Positions 18,765 through 27,818 of a stretch of 64,000 nucleotides of DNA are shown here, one piece after another. Source of the stretch: an uncultured Gemmatimonadaceae bacterium (GTDB taxonomy: Bacteria > Gemmatimonadota > Gemmatimonadetes > Longimicrobiales > Gaopeijiaceae); the NCBI GenBank assembly GCA_964630935.1, contig CAZVYM010000008.1, positions 1,241 to 65,240 of the forward strand, given 5' to 3'. The notes under the pieces were generated by a model. It made no database searches. It was given only the letters and a program-made list of their open reading frames with translations, and had not been told where the DNA came from. Position 1 is the stretch's first letter. Each line of letters opens with the position of its first letter. The position numbers and the translations under genes were made by a program.

Positions 18765-20326
18765 GCGCGGGAGTGCGTATGCTGGCGGCTTGGGCGGCGA
18801 TCTCGTTGACCGGATGCGCGGTGGGCATCGTTCATTCCTCCGACGGGGAAGGCGGCCAGATCGCCGTGGGCGCGGGGGTCGGGGGCGGCGGGACGGAGGC
18901 GGGCGGCGGAACCGCCGGCGTCGATCGGAGCCGGGTGCCGGAGGTGGGCAAGCCCCCTTCGATGAAGATGCCCGAGATCCAGGATTACCGGTTGCCCGAC
19001 GGCATGAGGGTGGTGCTCGTCGAGCGGCACGACGCTCCGCTGGTGAGCCTCGACCTCCAGTTCCGGGGAGGGGCGTCGGCCCACTCCGCGGCCGACGCCG
19101 GCCTGGCGGCCCTCACGGCCGACATGCTCGACGAGGGGACGCGGACCCGTTCGACGCTCGAGATCGCCGATGCCGTGGACCAGTTGGGGGCGAGCCTGTC
19201 GAGCACGGCGGGGTACGACGCGAGCTCCGTCCGGCTCACGGTCCTCCGTTCGGGATTCGCGGACGCGCTCGGCATCCTGGCCGACGTCGTGGTGAATCCC
19301 GCGTTCCCGCGAGCCGAGCTCGAGCGGGTGAAGAGGGAGCGCCTCGGTCGGGTGATCCAGCGCTCGGACGAGCCGGCCGCCCTGGCCGATGATGCGTTCG
19401 CGAGGGTGCTCTACGGATCGAAGAATCCGTACGGTGAGCCGCTCCTGGGAACCGAGACGACGCTGGAAGCGCTCGGCCGGGACGACGTCGTCGCGTACTA
19501 CCGGGAGCGGTACGTGCCCGGACAGGCCACGCTCGTGGTCGTGGGAGACGTGACGCGGGATACGCTGGACAGCCTCGTGACGAAGGCGTTCGACGGCTGG
19601 TCGGGGGAGGGTGAGGACGTCCTCGAGCCCGCGGCGGCACCGGCCGCTGCGGGGCACCACATCTACATCGTGGACAGGCCCGGCGCCGCTCAGTCCGAGA
19701 TCCGCGTGGGCCGCGTCGCGGTGAGCCGGAGCACGGACGCGTACATCCCGCTCATCGTCCTGAATACGGTGTTGGGAGGCTCCTTCACGAGCCGCCTCAA
19801 CCAGAAGCTCCGAGAAGAAAAGGGGTACACGTACGGTGCACGGTCGTGGTTCGACACGAGACGCGCGCCCGGGCCGTTCGAGGCTTCGGCCGCGGTGGCC
19901 ACCCCGGTGACCGACAGCGCGGTGCTCGAGTTCGTGCGCGAGATCGACCGGGTCCGGGACGAGCCCGTTCCGGAGGAGGAGCTGGCACGGGCGCGCAACT
20001 ACCTCGCCTATCGGCTCCCCCAACGCTTCGAGTCGGATGACGATGTGGTGCACATGCTGTCCGGCCTCGTGCGCTACGACGTACCACCCGACTTCTACTC
20101 CGGCTATGTGGACGCGGTGCTCGCGGTGACCGCTGCCGACGTCTCTCGAGTGGCGAGCCGGGAGTTGGGCAGCGACCGGATGGTGATCGTGGTGGCGGGA
20201 GACCGCGCCGCCATCGAGGAGCCGCTGAGGCGGCTCGGCCTGGGCGAGGTGACCGTGCTCCCGAATGCCGACGAATCTCGGTTACAGTCCACTGGAAGCC
20301 GTGACAGCCAGCGAAGGGGGTGGTGA
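18761..20326 (+). CDS. M16 family peptidase-like subunit, non-catalytic type, lipoprotein
   Basis: ATGA overlap with the upstream stop. It has a lipobox (AISLTGC) and an M16 fold. HxxEH is replaced by LTADMLDEGT. Confidence 0.85.
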   Translation: MSAGVRMLAAWAAISLTGCAVGIVHSSDGEGGQIAVGAGVGGGGTEAGGGTAGVDRSRVPEVGKPPSMKMPEIQDYRLPDGMRVVLVERHDAPLVSLDLQFRGGASAHSAADAGLAALTADMLDEGTRTRSTLEIADAVDQLGASLSSTAGYDASSVRLTVLRSGFADALGILADVVVNPAFPRAELERVKRERLGRVIQRSDEPAALADDAFARVLYGSKNPYGEPLLGTETTLEALGRDDVVAYYRERYVPGQATLVVVGDVTRDTLDSLVTKAFDGWSGEGEDVLEPAAAPAAAGHHIYIVDRPGAAQSEIRVGRVAVSRSTDAYIPLIVLNTVLGGSFTSRLNQKLREEKGYTYGARSWFDTRRAPGPFEASAAVATPVTDSAVLEFVREIDRVRDEPVPEEELARARNYLAYRLPQRFESDDDVVHMLSGLVRYDVPPDFYSGYVDAVLAVTAADVSRVASRELGSDRMVIVVAGDRAAIEEPLRRLGLGEVTVLPNADESRLQSTGSRDSQRRGW

Positions 20327-21604
20327 GTGAGCATGCTCGACGTGCCGGTACGCCGGCATCGGTTGGACAACGGCCTCAAGGTCGTGCTCTCCGAGGATCG
20401 TACCGCCCCGATCGTGGGCGTGAACCTGTGGTACGGTGTGGGCTCCAGGAACGAGCCCGCGGGCCGCACGGGCTTCGCCCATCTCTTCGAGCACATGATG
20501 TTCCAGGGCTCGGCCAACGTGCCGAAGAACCGGCATTTCGAGCTGGTCGAGCGCGCCGGCGGCTCGCTCAACGCCACCACGTGGTACGATCGCACGAACT
20601 ATTTCGAGACCGTGCCCTCGCATCACCTCGAGCTGGCGCTCTGGCTGGAGTCGGACCGGATGGGCTGGATGCTGCCGGCCATGACGCAGGAGAAGCTCGA
20701 CAACCAGCGTGACGTGGTGAAGAACGAGCGACGGCAGCGCTACGACAACCAACCGTACGGCGACTGGGACGAACGCCTGCAGGCGCTGGTCTATCCGGAG
20801 CGCCATCCGTACCACCATCCCGTCATCGGATCGATGGCCGACATCGACGCGGCGAGCCTGCAGGACGTCGAGGACTTCTTCCGCACCTACTACGTGCCGA
20901 ACAACGCGGTGCTCACGGTGGCGGGGGACTTCGAGCCGAAGAAGACGATCGGGCTCATCGAGCGGTACTTCGGGGAGATTCCCGAGGGCGCGCCGATTCC
21001 ACCGCTCCCGGGCGAGCCGGATCTGCCGCCCGTGCTCGGGGCCACGGCCCGGGAGCACGTGAGGGCCGACGTGCCGCTTCCGAGGGTGATTCTGGCGTTC
21101 CGCATCCCGCCCTACATCGACGACGCGTTCACCGCGGCCCAGGTGGCCCAGGCGGTGCTCGGCTCCGGCCGGGCCTCTCGTCTTTATCGCCGCCTGGTGC
21201 GTGAGCGCCGTGTGGCGAAGGACGTGGTGGGCTATTGCTTCCCACTGCTCACGGGGGCGGCGATGTTGCTCGTTTGGGCCACGGGCTTTCCCGGCACGTC
21301 GGTCGAGGAGCTCGAGGCGGCCCTCGCCGCCGAGGTGGAGGGCGTGGCCGATGCTACGACCGAGGAGGTGGAAAGGGCGGTGGCGCTTTCCGAGACAGAC
21401 ATCGTGCACTCGCTCGAGCGGGTGGGCGACCGGGCCGACCTGCTCTCGATGTTCGATCTCTACTTCGACGATCCCGGGCGGCTCAACGGTGAGGTCGAGC
21501 GGCTGCGATCCGTGACGCCCGAGCAGATTCGGGCTTTCGCGTCGGAGCGCCTGGGTGCGGACAATCGAGCCGTGCTCGTCTACGAGCCGGAGGAGGAGCG
21601 ATGA
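20327..21604 (+). CDS. M16 family zinc peptidase, active-type, no signal peptide
   Basis: GTG 20327 directly abuts the upstream stop (alternative ATG 20333). HxxEH is present (FAHLFEHMMFQGS). It has no N-terminal hydrophobic segment. Confidence 0.9.
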   Translation: MSMLDVPVRRHRLDNGLKVVLSEDRTAPIVGVNLWYGVGSRNEPAGRTGFAHLFEHMMFQGSANVPKNRHFELVERAGGSLNATTWYDRTNYFETVPSHHLELALWLESDRMGWMLPAMTQEKLDNQRDVVKNERRQRYDNQPYGDWDERLQALVYPERHPYHHPVIGSMADIDAASLQDVEDFFRTYYVPNNAVLTVAGDFEPKKTIGLIERYFGEIPEGAPIPPLPGEPDLPPVLGATAREHVRADVPLPRVILAFRIPPYIDDAFTAAQVAQAVLGSGRASRLYRRLVRERRVAKDVVGYCFPLLTGAAMLLVWATGFPGTSVEELEAALAAEVEGVADATTEEVERAVALSETDIVHSLERVGDRADLLSMFDLYFDDPGRLNGEVERLRSVTPEQIRAFASERLGADNRAVLVYEPEEER

Positions 21605-22965
21605 GCGCCCTCGATCGGAGCCGAGCGCCCGAGCCCGGGCCGATCCGTCCGTTCGACTTTCCCGACGTGGAGCGCACGGCGCTCCCCAACGGCCTCGACC
21701 TGAGGGTGGCTCGTATGTCCCGCCTTCCCGTCGTGAGCGTCAACCTGTTCATGCGGGCCGGTGAGAGTGAGCTGGACGAAGATCGTGCGGGCCTCTCGGT
21801 GCTGGCCGGAGACGCCCTGGAGGGCGGGACGCGTCGCCGCAGCGGGAGCGATCTGGCCGAGGCGCTCGAGCGGATCGGCACCCGCCTCCACGTGTCCACC
21901 GGATGGGAGGGCACGAGCGTGTCGCTCACCTGTCTGGCCGACCGCCTCGGAGAGGCCTTGGGGCTGCTGGCCGAGACGGTTCTCGAGCCCGACTTCCCGG
22001 AAGGCGAGGTGGGCAGGGCCCGAGAGCAGCAGCTCGCCGGGATTCGTCAGCGCCTGATGGATCCCTCGGGGCTGGCATCGGACCAGGCCGCGCGCCGCTA
22101 CTTCGCGCCGGGAACGCCCTACGCGCGCCCGATCTCGGGGACGCCGGCGTCCATCGAGCCGCTCGGTCGCGAGCATCTGCGCGGATACGCGGACGCCCGC
22201 TATCGGCCGGGCGACGGGGGGATGGTCGTGGTCGGTGACGTCGCGATGGACGAGGTCACCGGCCTGGTCGAGCGCCACTTCGGCGAATGGACGGGGACCC
22301 CCGGACAGCTCCGCGATTTCGACGTCGGCCCGGCGACCGGCGAGCGCCGCGTCTGGATCGTGGATCGCCCCGGCTCCGTCCAATCCGAGATCCGCGTCGG
22401 CCACGTCGGCGCCGCCCGCTCCGATCCGGACTTCTTCCCGCTCACGGTCCTCAACATGCTCTTCGGCGGCACGTTCAGCTCGCGCCTCAACCTGAACCTG
22501 CGCGAGCGCAACGGATTCACCTACGGCGTGCGTTCCCGCTTCGCCTTCCGGCGTAAGCCGGGGCCGTTCCAGATCTCCACGGCCGTGGCCGCCGACGTGA
22601 CGTCGGACGCCGTGCGCGAGATCGTCTCGGAGCTCGAGCGGTTGCTGGAGGAAGGTCCACGCGACGAAGAGGTGGCGGCCGCTCGCGACTTCACGGCGGG
22701 GGTCTTTCCCCTCCGTCTCGAGACCGCCGCGCAGGTGGCCGGACGTATCACCGAGCTGGTGGTCTACGGGCTCCCCGACGATTACCACCATACGTACCGT
22801 GACCGGGTGCGAGCGGTGGGAGTGTCCGAGGCCGCAGCCGCGGGACGGCGCCACATGCGCCCGGGCGAGGCCCAGATCGTCGTGGTGGGTGACGCCGAGG
22901 CGATCGCCCCCGGGCTCGAAGGCCTCGGGCTCGGCCCCGTCGAGGTGCTCACGCCCGACGCCTGA
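21601..22965 (+). CDS. M16 family peptidase-like subunit, non-catalytic type, no signal peptide
   Basis: ATGA overlap with the upstream stop. It has an M16 fold. HxxEH is replaced by LAGDALEGGT. Confidence 0.85.
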   Translation: MSALDRSRAPEPGPIRPFDFPDVERTALPNGLDLRVARMSRLPVVSVNLFMRAGESELDEDRAGLSVLAGDALEGGTRRRSGSDLAEALERIGTRLHVSTGWEGTSVSLTCLADRLGEALGLLAETVLEPDFPEGEVGRAREQQLAGIRQRLMDPSGLASDQAARRYFAPGTPYARPISGTPASIEPLGREHLRGYADARYRPGDGGMVVVGDVAMDEVTGLVERHFGEWTGTPGQLRDFDVGPATGERRVWIVDRPGSVQSEIRVGHVGAARSDPDFFPLTVLNMLFGGTFSSRLNLNLRERNGFTYGVRSRFAFRRKPGPFQISTAVAADVTSDAVREIVSELERLLEEGPRDEEVAAARDFTAGVFPLRLETAAQVAGRITELVVYGLPDDYHHTYRDRVRAVGVSEAAAAGRRHMRPGEAQIVVVGDAEAIAPGLEGLGLGPVEVLTPDA

Positions 22966-23102
22966 AGGCCCCCGCGAGGCGCTGCCGAACGCAGCGGCGC
23001 GCAGGACGGAGAACCCTCGTGCAACGGCGGGGGCCCCCTTCCGTATCCAATTGCAGAGGACGGGAGGGTGGCGCCGCCACGACTGCAACCCTGGACGCTT
23101 CG

Positions 23103-23699
23103 ATGGAAGACGAACAGAAGAGCGGCGCGACCCGGCCGGGCAGGCTGGACCGCCGAATGGTCCACGACGGACGCATCGTGCACCTGAGCGTGGACACGGT
23201 GCGATTCCCGGATGGCTCGGTGGGAGAGCTCGAGCTGGTCCGGCACGACGGGGCCTCGGCGATCCTACCGGTGATGGGCTCGCTGGACGAGGAGGATCCC
23301 GATGTGCTCCTCCTTCGCCAGTATCGGTACGCGACCGGCGGCTACCTCTGGGAGGTCCCCGCGGGGATGCCCAGGGAGCCCGGTGAGCCGTGGGAGGTGT
23401 GCGCGAGGCGGGAGCTGGAGGAGGAGACGGGCTACAAGGCCGGCTCGCTCCGCCCGCTGACCCGGATCTACACCACCCCGGGCTTCAGTGACGAGGTGAT
23501 CCACCTCTACGTCGGGACGGATCTGAGCGAGGGGCGCAGGAACCTGGACGACGACGAGTTCATGGAGGTCGTGCGCATGCCGCTGTCCGAGGCGGTGGAT
23601 AGGGTCAGACGAGGCGAGGTGATCGACTGCAAGAGCATCGCCACCATCCTGTACGTGGCGCATTTCCTCGCCGGGCCCGTCAGAGAGCGGCGTGGCTGA
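23103..23699 (+). CDS. NUDIX hydrolase (ADP-ribose pyrophosphatase-like)
   Basis: ATG 23103. The Nudix box GMPREPGEPWEVCARRELEEETGY fits Gx5Ex7REUxEExGU. Confidence 0.85.
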   Translation: MEDEQKSGATRPGRLDRRMVHDGRIVHLSVDTVRFPDGSVGELELVRHDGASAILPVMGSLDEEDPDVLLLRQYRYATGGYLWEVPAGMPREPGEPWEVCARRELEEETGYKAGSLRPLTRIYTTPGFSDEVIHLYVGTDLSEGRRNLDDDEFMEVVRMPLSEAVDRVRRGEVIDCKSIATILYVAHFLAGPVRERRG

Positions 23700-23859
23700 T
23701 GTGTCACAATCGCGCGCGTATGGACGTCCTATCCGTAGGACGGACGGCCGAGGAAGCCGCGCGGAACGGGCACTCCCGGGGTGGCACGGTGCCTGCACGA
23801 AGGAACGAGCATAGGGCGCGTGCCCGCCATCATGGCGGGTGCTCCGACAAAGCGAGGTG

Positions 23860-24519
23860 ATGAGCGTGAGCAAGGCGAAAGTGCGGAAAAAGGCCGAGAA
23901 TCGTGTGGGCACCGGGGAAGCCCGGCAACACCGGCGGCAGCTCGAGGAGCTCACGGACAGCCAGGTCGTACAGGCTTGCCTGGACGGCGATGCGCGGGCC
24001 TTCGGCGAGCTCGTCTCCCGCTACGACCAACGGCTCCTGAATTTCGTCTACCGCACCATCGGAGACCGGGAGCGGGCGCAGGATCTGGTCCAGGAGACCT
24101 TCGTGAGGGTGTACCGCCATCTCGAGCGCTTCGACCAGAGCAAGAAGTTCTCCACCTGGATCTACACGATCGCCAGCAACCTGGCGAAGAACGAGTTGCG
24201 CAACCGCTCCCGGAATCCCCTGGTCCTGTTCCAGACCATCAAGAAGAACTGGGATGCGGACCACCGGCCGCTGGAGTGGGAGGACACGCAGTACAAGCCC
24301 GACGACCTGTTCCGGAAGCGTCACCTGAAGGAGAAGGTGGAGGCCGCCGTCGAGCAGCTGCCGGAGCACCATCGCATCGTGTTCGTGCTGCGTGAGCTGG
24401 AAGGGAAGACGTACGAGGAGATCGCCGATATCACGGGCTGCAACCTCGGGACCGTCAAGAGTCGACTGAACCGGGCGCGGAACAATTTCGCGAATATCAT
24501 CGCACCGATGATCGACTGA
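23860..24519 (+). CDS. ECF/RpoE-like sigma-70 family factor with a basic N-terminal extension
   Basis: ATG 23860 (alternative 23839). Region 2 is present (AQDLVQETFVRVY, STWIYTIASNLAKNE), as is region 4 (TYEEIADITGCNLGTVKSRLNRARN). Confidence 0.85.
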   Translation: MSVSKAKVRKKAENRVGTGEARQHRRQLEELTDSQVVQACLDGDARAFGELVSRYDQRLLNFVYRTIGDRERAQDLVQETFVRVYRHLERFDQSKKFSTWIYTIASNLAKNELRNRSRNPLVLFQTIKKNWDADHRPLEWEDTQYKPDDLFRKRHLKEKVEAAVEQLPEHHRIVFVLRELEGKTYEEIADITGCNLGTVKSRLNRARNNFANIIAPMID

Positions 24520-24648
24520 GCCGGAGGCGGGCGGGTGCGGGACGGGTGGGGTGGGGAGAGGGCCCCGCCGGGTCGACCCGGCGGGGCCTTCGCACGTTCT
24601 CGCGCCATCCATGGAACCCGTCCACGCGGGCGAAAGTATCATCCCACC

Positions 24649-25206
24649 ATGGACTGCACGGATTTCATCGCGCGCTTCTCCGAATACTTCGACGGCACCG
24701 GGCCGGAGGACTTCCTCCGGGACGCCCGGGAGCACGAAGCCTCGTGCGAGCGCTGCGGTCGGTACCGCCGGGTCGTGGAGGAAGGTTCCGCGCTCCTGAA
24801 AGACCTTCCGGACGTGGACCTCGAGGAGGATTTCGCTCCTCGCCTCCAGCATCGCCTCTATCACGTGGACGAAGATCTCTCCGTCGGGCGTCAGGGCTCC
24901 TCGGGCACGAGCGCGTTCACCGCGCTGGGCATGGCGATCCTGGTCACGGTGGTCGCGTGGTCTCCCATGCTCAAGCACGAGCCGGTGGTGGAGCTCGACC
25001 CGATCGAGGTGACCCGTCCGCCCGCGCAACCGAGGCCGCTGAACGCGATGCGCACCGGGGCTCTTCTCCAGCCGCCGCAGAAGCGAGGGCTACGAGCCAA
25101 TCTCTGGGATGATGCGCACGCGATCCTGTACGAGTATTCTCCGGTGGGACGGAGGTACGCAACGCACCCGTCGTTCCACCAGCCAGGGCTGGATCAGAGA
25201 CCGTAG
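24649..25206 (+). CDS. putative ZAS-type anti-sigma factor
   Basis: It lies directly downstream of the sigma gene. It has the H-x3-C-x2-C motif (HEASCERC) and a single TM helix (FTALGMAILVTVVAWSPML). Confidence 0.6.
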   Translation: MDCTDFIARFSEYFDGTGPEDFLRDAREHEASCERCGRYRRVVEEGSALLKDLPDVDLEEDFAPRLQHRLYHVDEDLSVGRQGSSGTSAFTALGMAILVTVVAWSPMLKHEPVVELDPIEVTRPPAQPRPLNAMRTGALLQPPQKRGLRANLWDDAHAILYEYSPVGRRYATHPSFHQPGLDQRP

Positions 25207-25277
25207 CAGCCAGGAGATTCGAGGAGCCGCATGAGCCCCGAGCCGTTCCCCGCGGGAATGCCGGCAACCCCCCAGAC

Positions 25278-26279
25278 GTGAATCCTCTCGACGAGATCCC
25301 GGGCCTGGCGCAGGCGCGCGGAGGCGCGTTCTACCTGCACGGCGAGGACGAATTCCGGAAAGAGGAGGTCCTGCGCGCGCTGGTGGACGTCCACCTGGAT
25401 CCGTCCACGAAGGACTTCAACCTCGACCCGCTCCGAGGTACCGAGGTCGACGCGGAGACGCTCGCTTCCATTCTGGGCACGCCCCCCATGATGGCCGAAT
25501 GGAGGGTGGTCGTGCTGCGCGAAGTCGAGGGGCTCGCCTCGAGCGCGCGTACCCGTGACATCCTGCTCCGGACGGTGACGTCCCCGCCGCCGGGACTCGC
25601 CCTCATCATGAGCTGCACCCCGCCGCAGGGCTCCAAGGCCAAGTTCTACCGGGACCTGGCCAAAGCCTCCCGGTCGGTGGAGTTTCAGCCGTTCACGGCC
25701 GCAGATGTGCCCGGCTGGCTGCTCACGCGGGCGCGGGAGCGCCACGGTCTGGAGATCGAGGCCGACGCGGCGCAGGCCCTGAGCGCGGCCATCGGCGTGA
25801 ACCTCGGCATCCTGGACAAGGAGCTCGAGAAGCTCGTCGACTACGTCGGTGATCGGCGGACCGTGACCTTCGCGGACGTGGAAGCCGCCGGCACACGCCT
25901 GCCGGCGCAGGACCGGTGGCGGTGGCTCGACCTGGTGGGTGAGCGGCGCTTCGACGAAGCGCTCCGAACGCTCGAGGTGCTGATGGGGCAGGGAGAGAGC
26001 GGTGTGGGCCTCGTGATCGCGCTCACCATGCACCTGCTGCGGATCGGGGTGGTGGTCTCCGAGGGCTCGCGCGTGCTCGAGGCGGCCCTTCCGCACCACC
26101 AGCGCTGGCTCGCCGGACGCCTGAGCCCCCAGGCCAGGCGCTGGAATCGCTCGGACCTGGACCATGCCCTCGAGGGCCTCCTCCGGGTGGATCGACTCCT
26201 GAAGTCGAGCCCGCTCGACGACGAAGGCCTGCTGGCCGAGTGGCTCATGGGCTTGATGGCTCGAAGGCGGGCCGCGTGA
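25278..26279 (+). CDS. holA: DNA polymerase III delta subunit
   Basis: GTG 25278. Delta-subunit layout is present: YLHGEDEF, the EW block and RVVVLRE. The size is about 330 aa with a helical C-terminal domain. Confidence 0.8.
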   Translation: MNPLDEIPGLAQARGGAFYLHGEDEFRKEEVLRALVDVHLDPSTKDFNLDPLRGTEVDAETLASILGTPPMMAEWRVVVLREVEGLASSARTRDILLRTVTSPPPGLALIMSCTPPQGSKAKFYRDLAKASRSVEFQPFTAADVPGWLLTRARERHGLEIEADAAQALSAAIGVNLGILDKELEKLVDYVGDRRTVTFADVEAAGTRLPAQDRWRWLDLVGERRFDEALRTLEVLMGQGESGVGLVIALTMHLLRIGVVVSEGSRVLEAALPHHQRWLAGRLSPQARRWNRSDLDHALEGLLRVDRLLKSSPLDDEGLLAEWLMGLMARRRAA

Positions 26280-27109
26280 GGCTCCGGGCGCACGCCATGG
26301 TCGGGCTCGCCATCGCGTTCGCCATGGTGGCGACGACGGGCCCCGTGGTGGCCCAGGAGAGCGGCGCGCTCGACCGTGTCGAGCGGCTGAGCACGATGGG
26401 GAAGGCCGACCAGGCCCGCGAGGTCCTCTTGTCCTGGTGGAAATCCGAGAGCTCCGGTGCCTCTCGCTCCGACCTGCAGCGGGCCCTCTGGCTCAGAGGT
26501 CGGCTCACGGTGGATCCGGCTCAGGCCGAGCTGGATTTCCGCCGCCTCATCGTCGAGTTCCCCGGCGGGCCGTTCACCGATCGCGCGCTCTACCGACTCG
26601 CTCAGTCGGCCTTCGCGTCCGGAGACGCCGACGCTGCCCGGAAGCGGGTGGCGGACCTGGTGCGGAGCTATCCGGGAAGCCGGGTGGCCCGCCGCGCGCA
26701 GGATTGGATCCAGGAGGTAGGCGACCCACCGCCGCCTCTGCGGGCGACCGCGGCCGACACGGCATCTCCCGCAGCCGCGCGTCCGGCCGGTTCGCCGGCT
26801 TCCCGTCCCGACGAGCCCGCCGACGCGAGCCAGGGGAGCTACGCGGTGCAGCTGGGCGCGTTCGTGGGAAGCTCCAACGCGGAAGTGCTCGCGAAGAGGG
26901 CGCGCGACGCGGGCCTGGACCCTCGGGTGGTGACGCTACCCGGGAGTCGACTGGTGCGCGTGCGCGTGGGGCGGTTCGGCGCCGAAGCCGCCGCGAGAGA
27001 TCTCATGGGCCACGTGAAGGACCTCGGGTTCCAGGGCGTTCTGGTCCGGGACGCCGACAAGGAGCAGCCCGTGTCGGTCCGAGCACCCGCCGCATCCGGG
27101 GGAGCCTAG
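26276..27109 (+). CDS. SPOR-domain protein with an N-terminal TPR-like (YbgF-like) region
   Basis: GTG 26276 overlaps the holA stop (alternative ATG 26297). It has a signal peptide (LAIAFAMVATTGPVVAQ). The C-terminal SPOR repeat is YAVQLGAF...RVRVGRFG...A....L...G. Confidence 0.75.
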   Translation: MRLRAHAMVGLAIAFAMVATTGPVVAQESGALDRVERLSTMGKADQAREVLLSWWKSESSGASRSDLQRALWLRGRLTVDPAQAELDFRRLIVEFPGGPFTDRALYRLAQSAFASGDADAARKRVADLVRSYPGSRVARRAQDWIQEVGDPPPPLRATAADTASPAAARPAGSPASRPDEPADASQGSYAVQLGAFVGSSNAEVLAKRARDAGLDPRVVTLPGSRLVRVRVGRFGAEAAARDLMGHVKDLGFQGVLVRDADKEQPVSVRAPAASGGA

Positions 27110-27212
27110 GGCCGCCGGACCGGACGGTGGCGCACGATCGAGGTCGACCACACGGGAGCCCCCCGCCGCGGCGGGCCTTCGGCCTCCTGCTCGCCGGTGG
27201 GACGCCCGAAGC

Positions 27213-27614
27213 TCAGAGAGCCGCGACGACGCGCTCCATACGGGCTTTCACGTCGCGAGCGACCGGGGCCAGGTCGTCCCGCCCCGCCACCGCGAGCTGG
27301 AGCTCCGGGTCCAGGATCGACACCACGGCGGTCCCCTCCTCGTCTCCCTCGTAGACCACCACGTTGCAGGGAAGAAGGAGTCCGATCTCGGTCTCCTCCG
27401 AGAGCGCCTTGTGCGCGAGGGGCGGGTTGCACGCTCCCAGGATCCTGTAAGGGCGAAAGTCGACGTCCAGCTTCTGCTTGAGCGTACCCTTGACGTCGAT
27501 CTCGGTCAGGATCCCGAAGCCCTCCTTCTTCAACTCCTCACGGACCTTCGCGTCGGCCTCGTCCACCGAGGCGCGAAGGGTCTTGCTCATTCCGTATGCC
27601 CGCTTGCTCGTCAT
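27213..27614 (-). CDS. DUF302-family protein
   Basis: ATG 27614 (alternative 27590) lies inside the artefactual 405-aa ORF. Blocks EGFGILTEIDV, FRPYRILGACNP and LLPCNVVVYE are typical of DUF302. Confidence 0.8.
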   Translation of the reverse strand: MTSKRAYGMSKTLRASVDEADAKVREELKKEGFGILTEIDVKGTLKQKLDVDFRPYRILGACNPPLAHKALSEETEIGLLLPCNVVVYEGDEEGTAVVSILDPELQLAVAGRDDLAPVARDVKARMERVVAAL

Positions 27615-27818
27615 CGCTGAAAGCCTCGTGTTGTTCGGGAACGTGGGGTCCCGCTCCGGGGGTGGGCAGCGGACATTCGGAACGGAACGCCAGTGGTCCG
27701 GAGCACGTCCCGAACGGTAGCGAAAACCGACGCCGGCGTGTAGCTGGGCGGGTACACGGGTGCCTCGCTCCTCGCCGGGCGTTATCATGCTGCCAACCCG
27801 CACGCGATCGAGGCCCCG

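Noticed and set aside
23782-23797. A sigma54-type promoter reading of TGGCACGGTGCCTGCA upstream of the RpoE-like sigma gene. Weaker look-alikes are GGCACGGAACGTGC at 61343..61356 (inside the kinase 3' end, 40 nt before the response regulator) and TGGCACGACTCTTGAC on the minus strand at 6483..6498.
   Set aside because: At this base composition I estimate TGGCAC should occur by chance some tens of times on the two strands of 64 kb. About one of those would have a correctly spaced TGC. The three hits are therefore within random expectation. The 6483 site also has GA instead of the conserved -12 GC. The 23782 site is equally well explained as a simple palindrome. They are worth testing only once rpoN presence and transcription starts are known.
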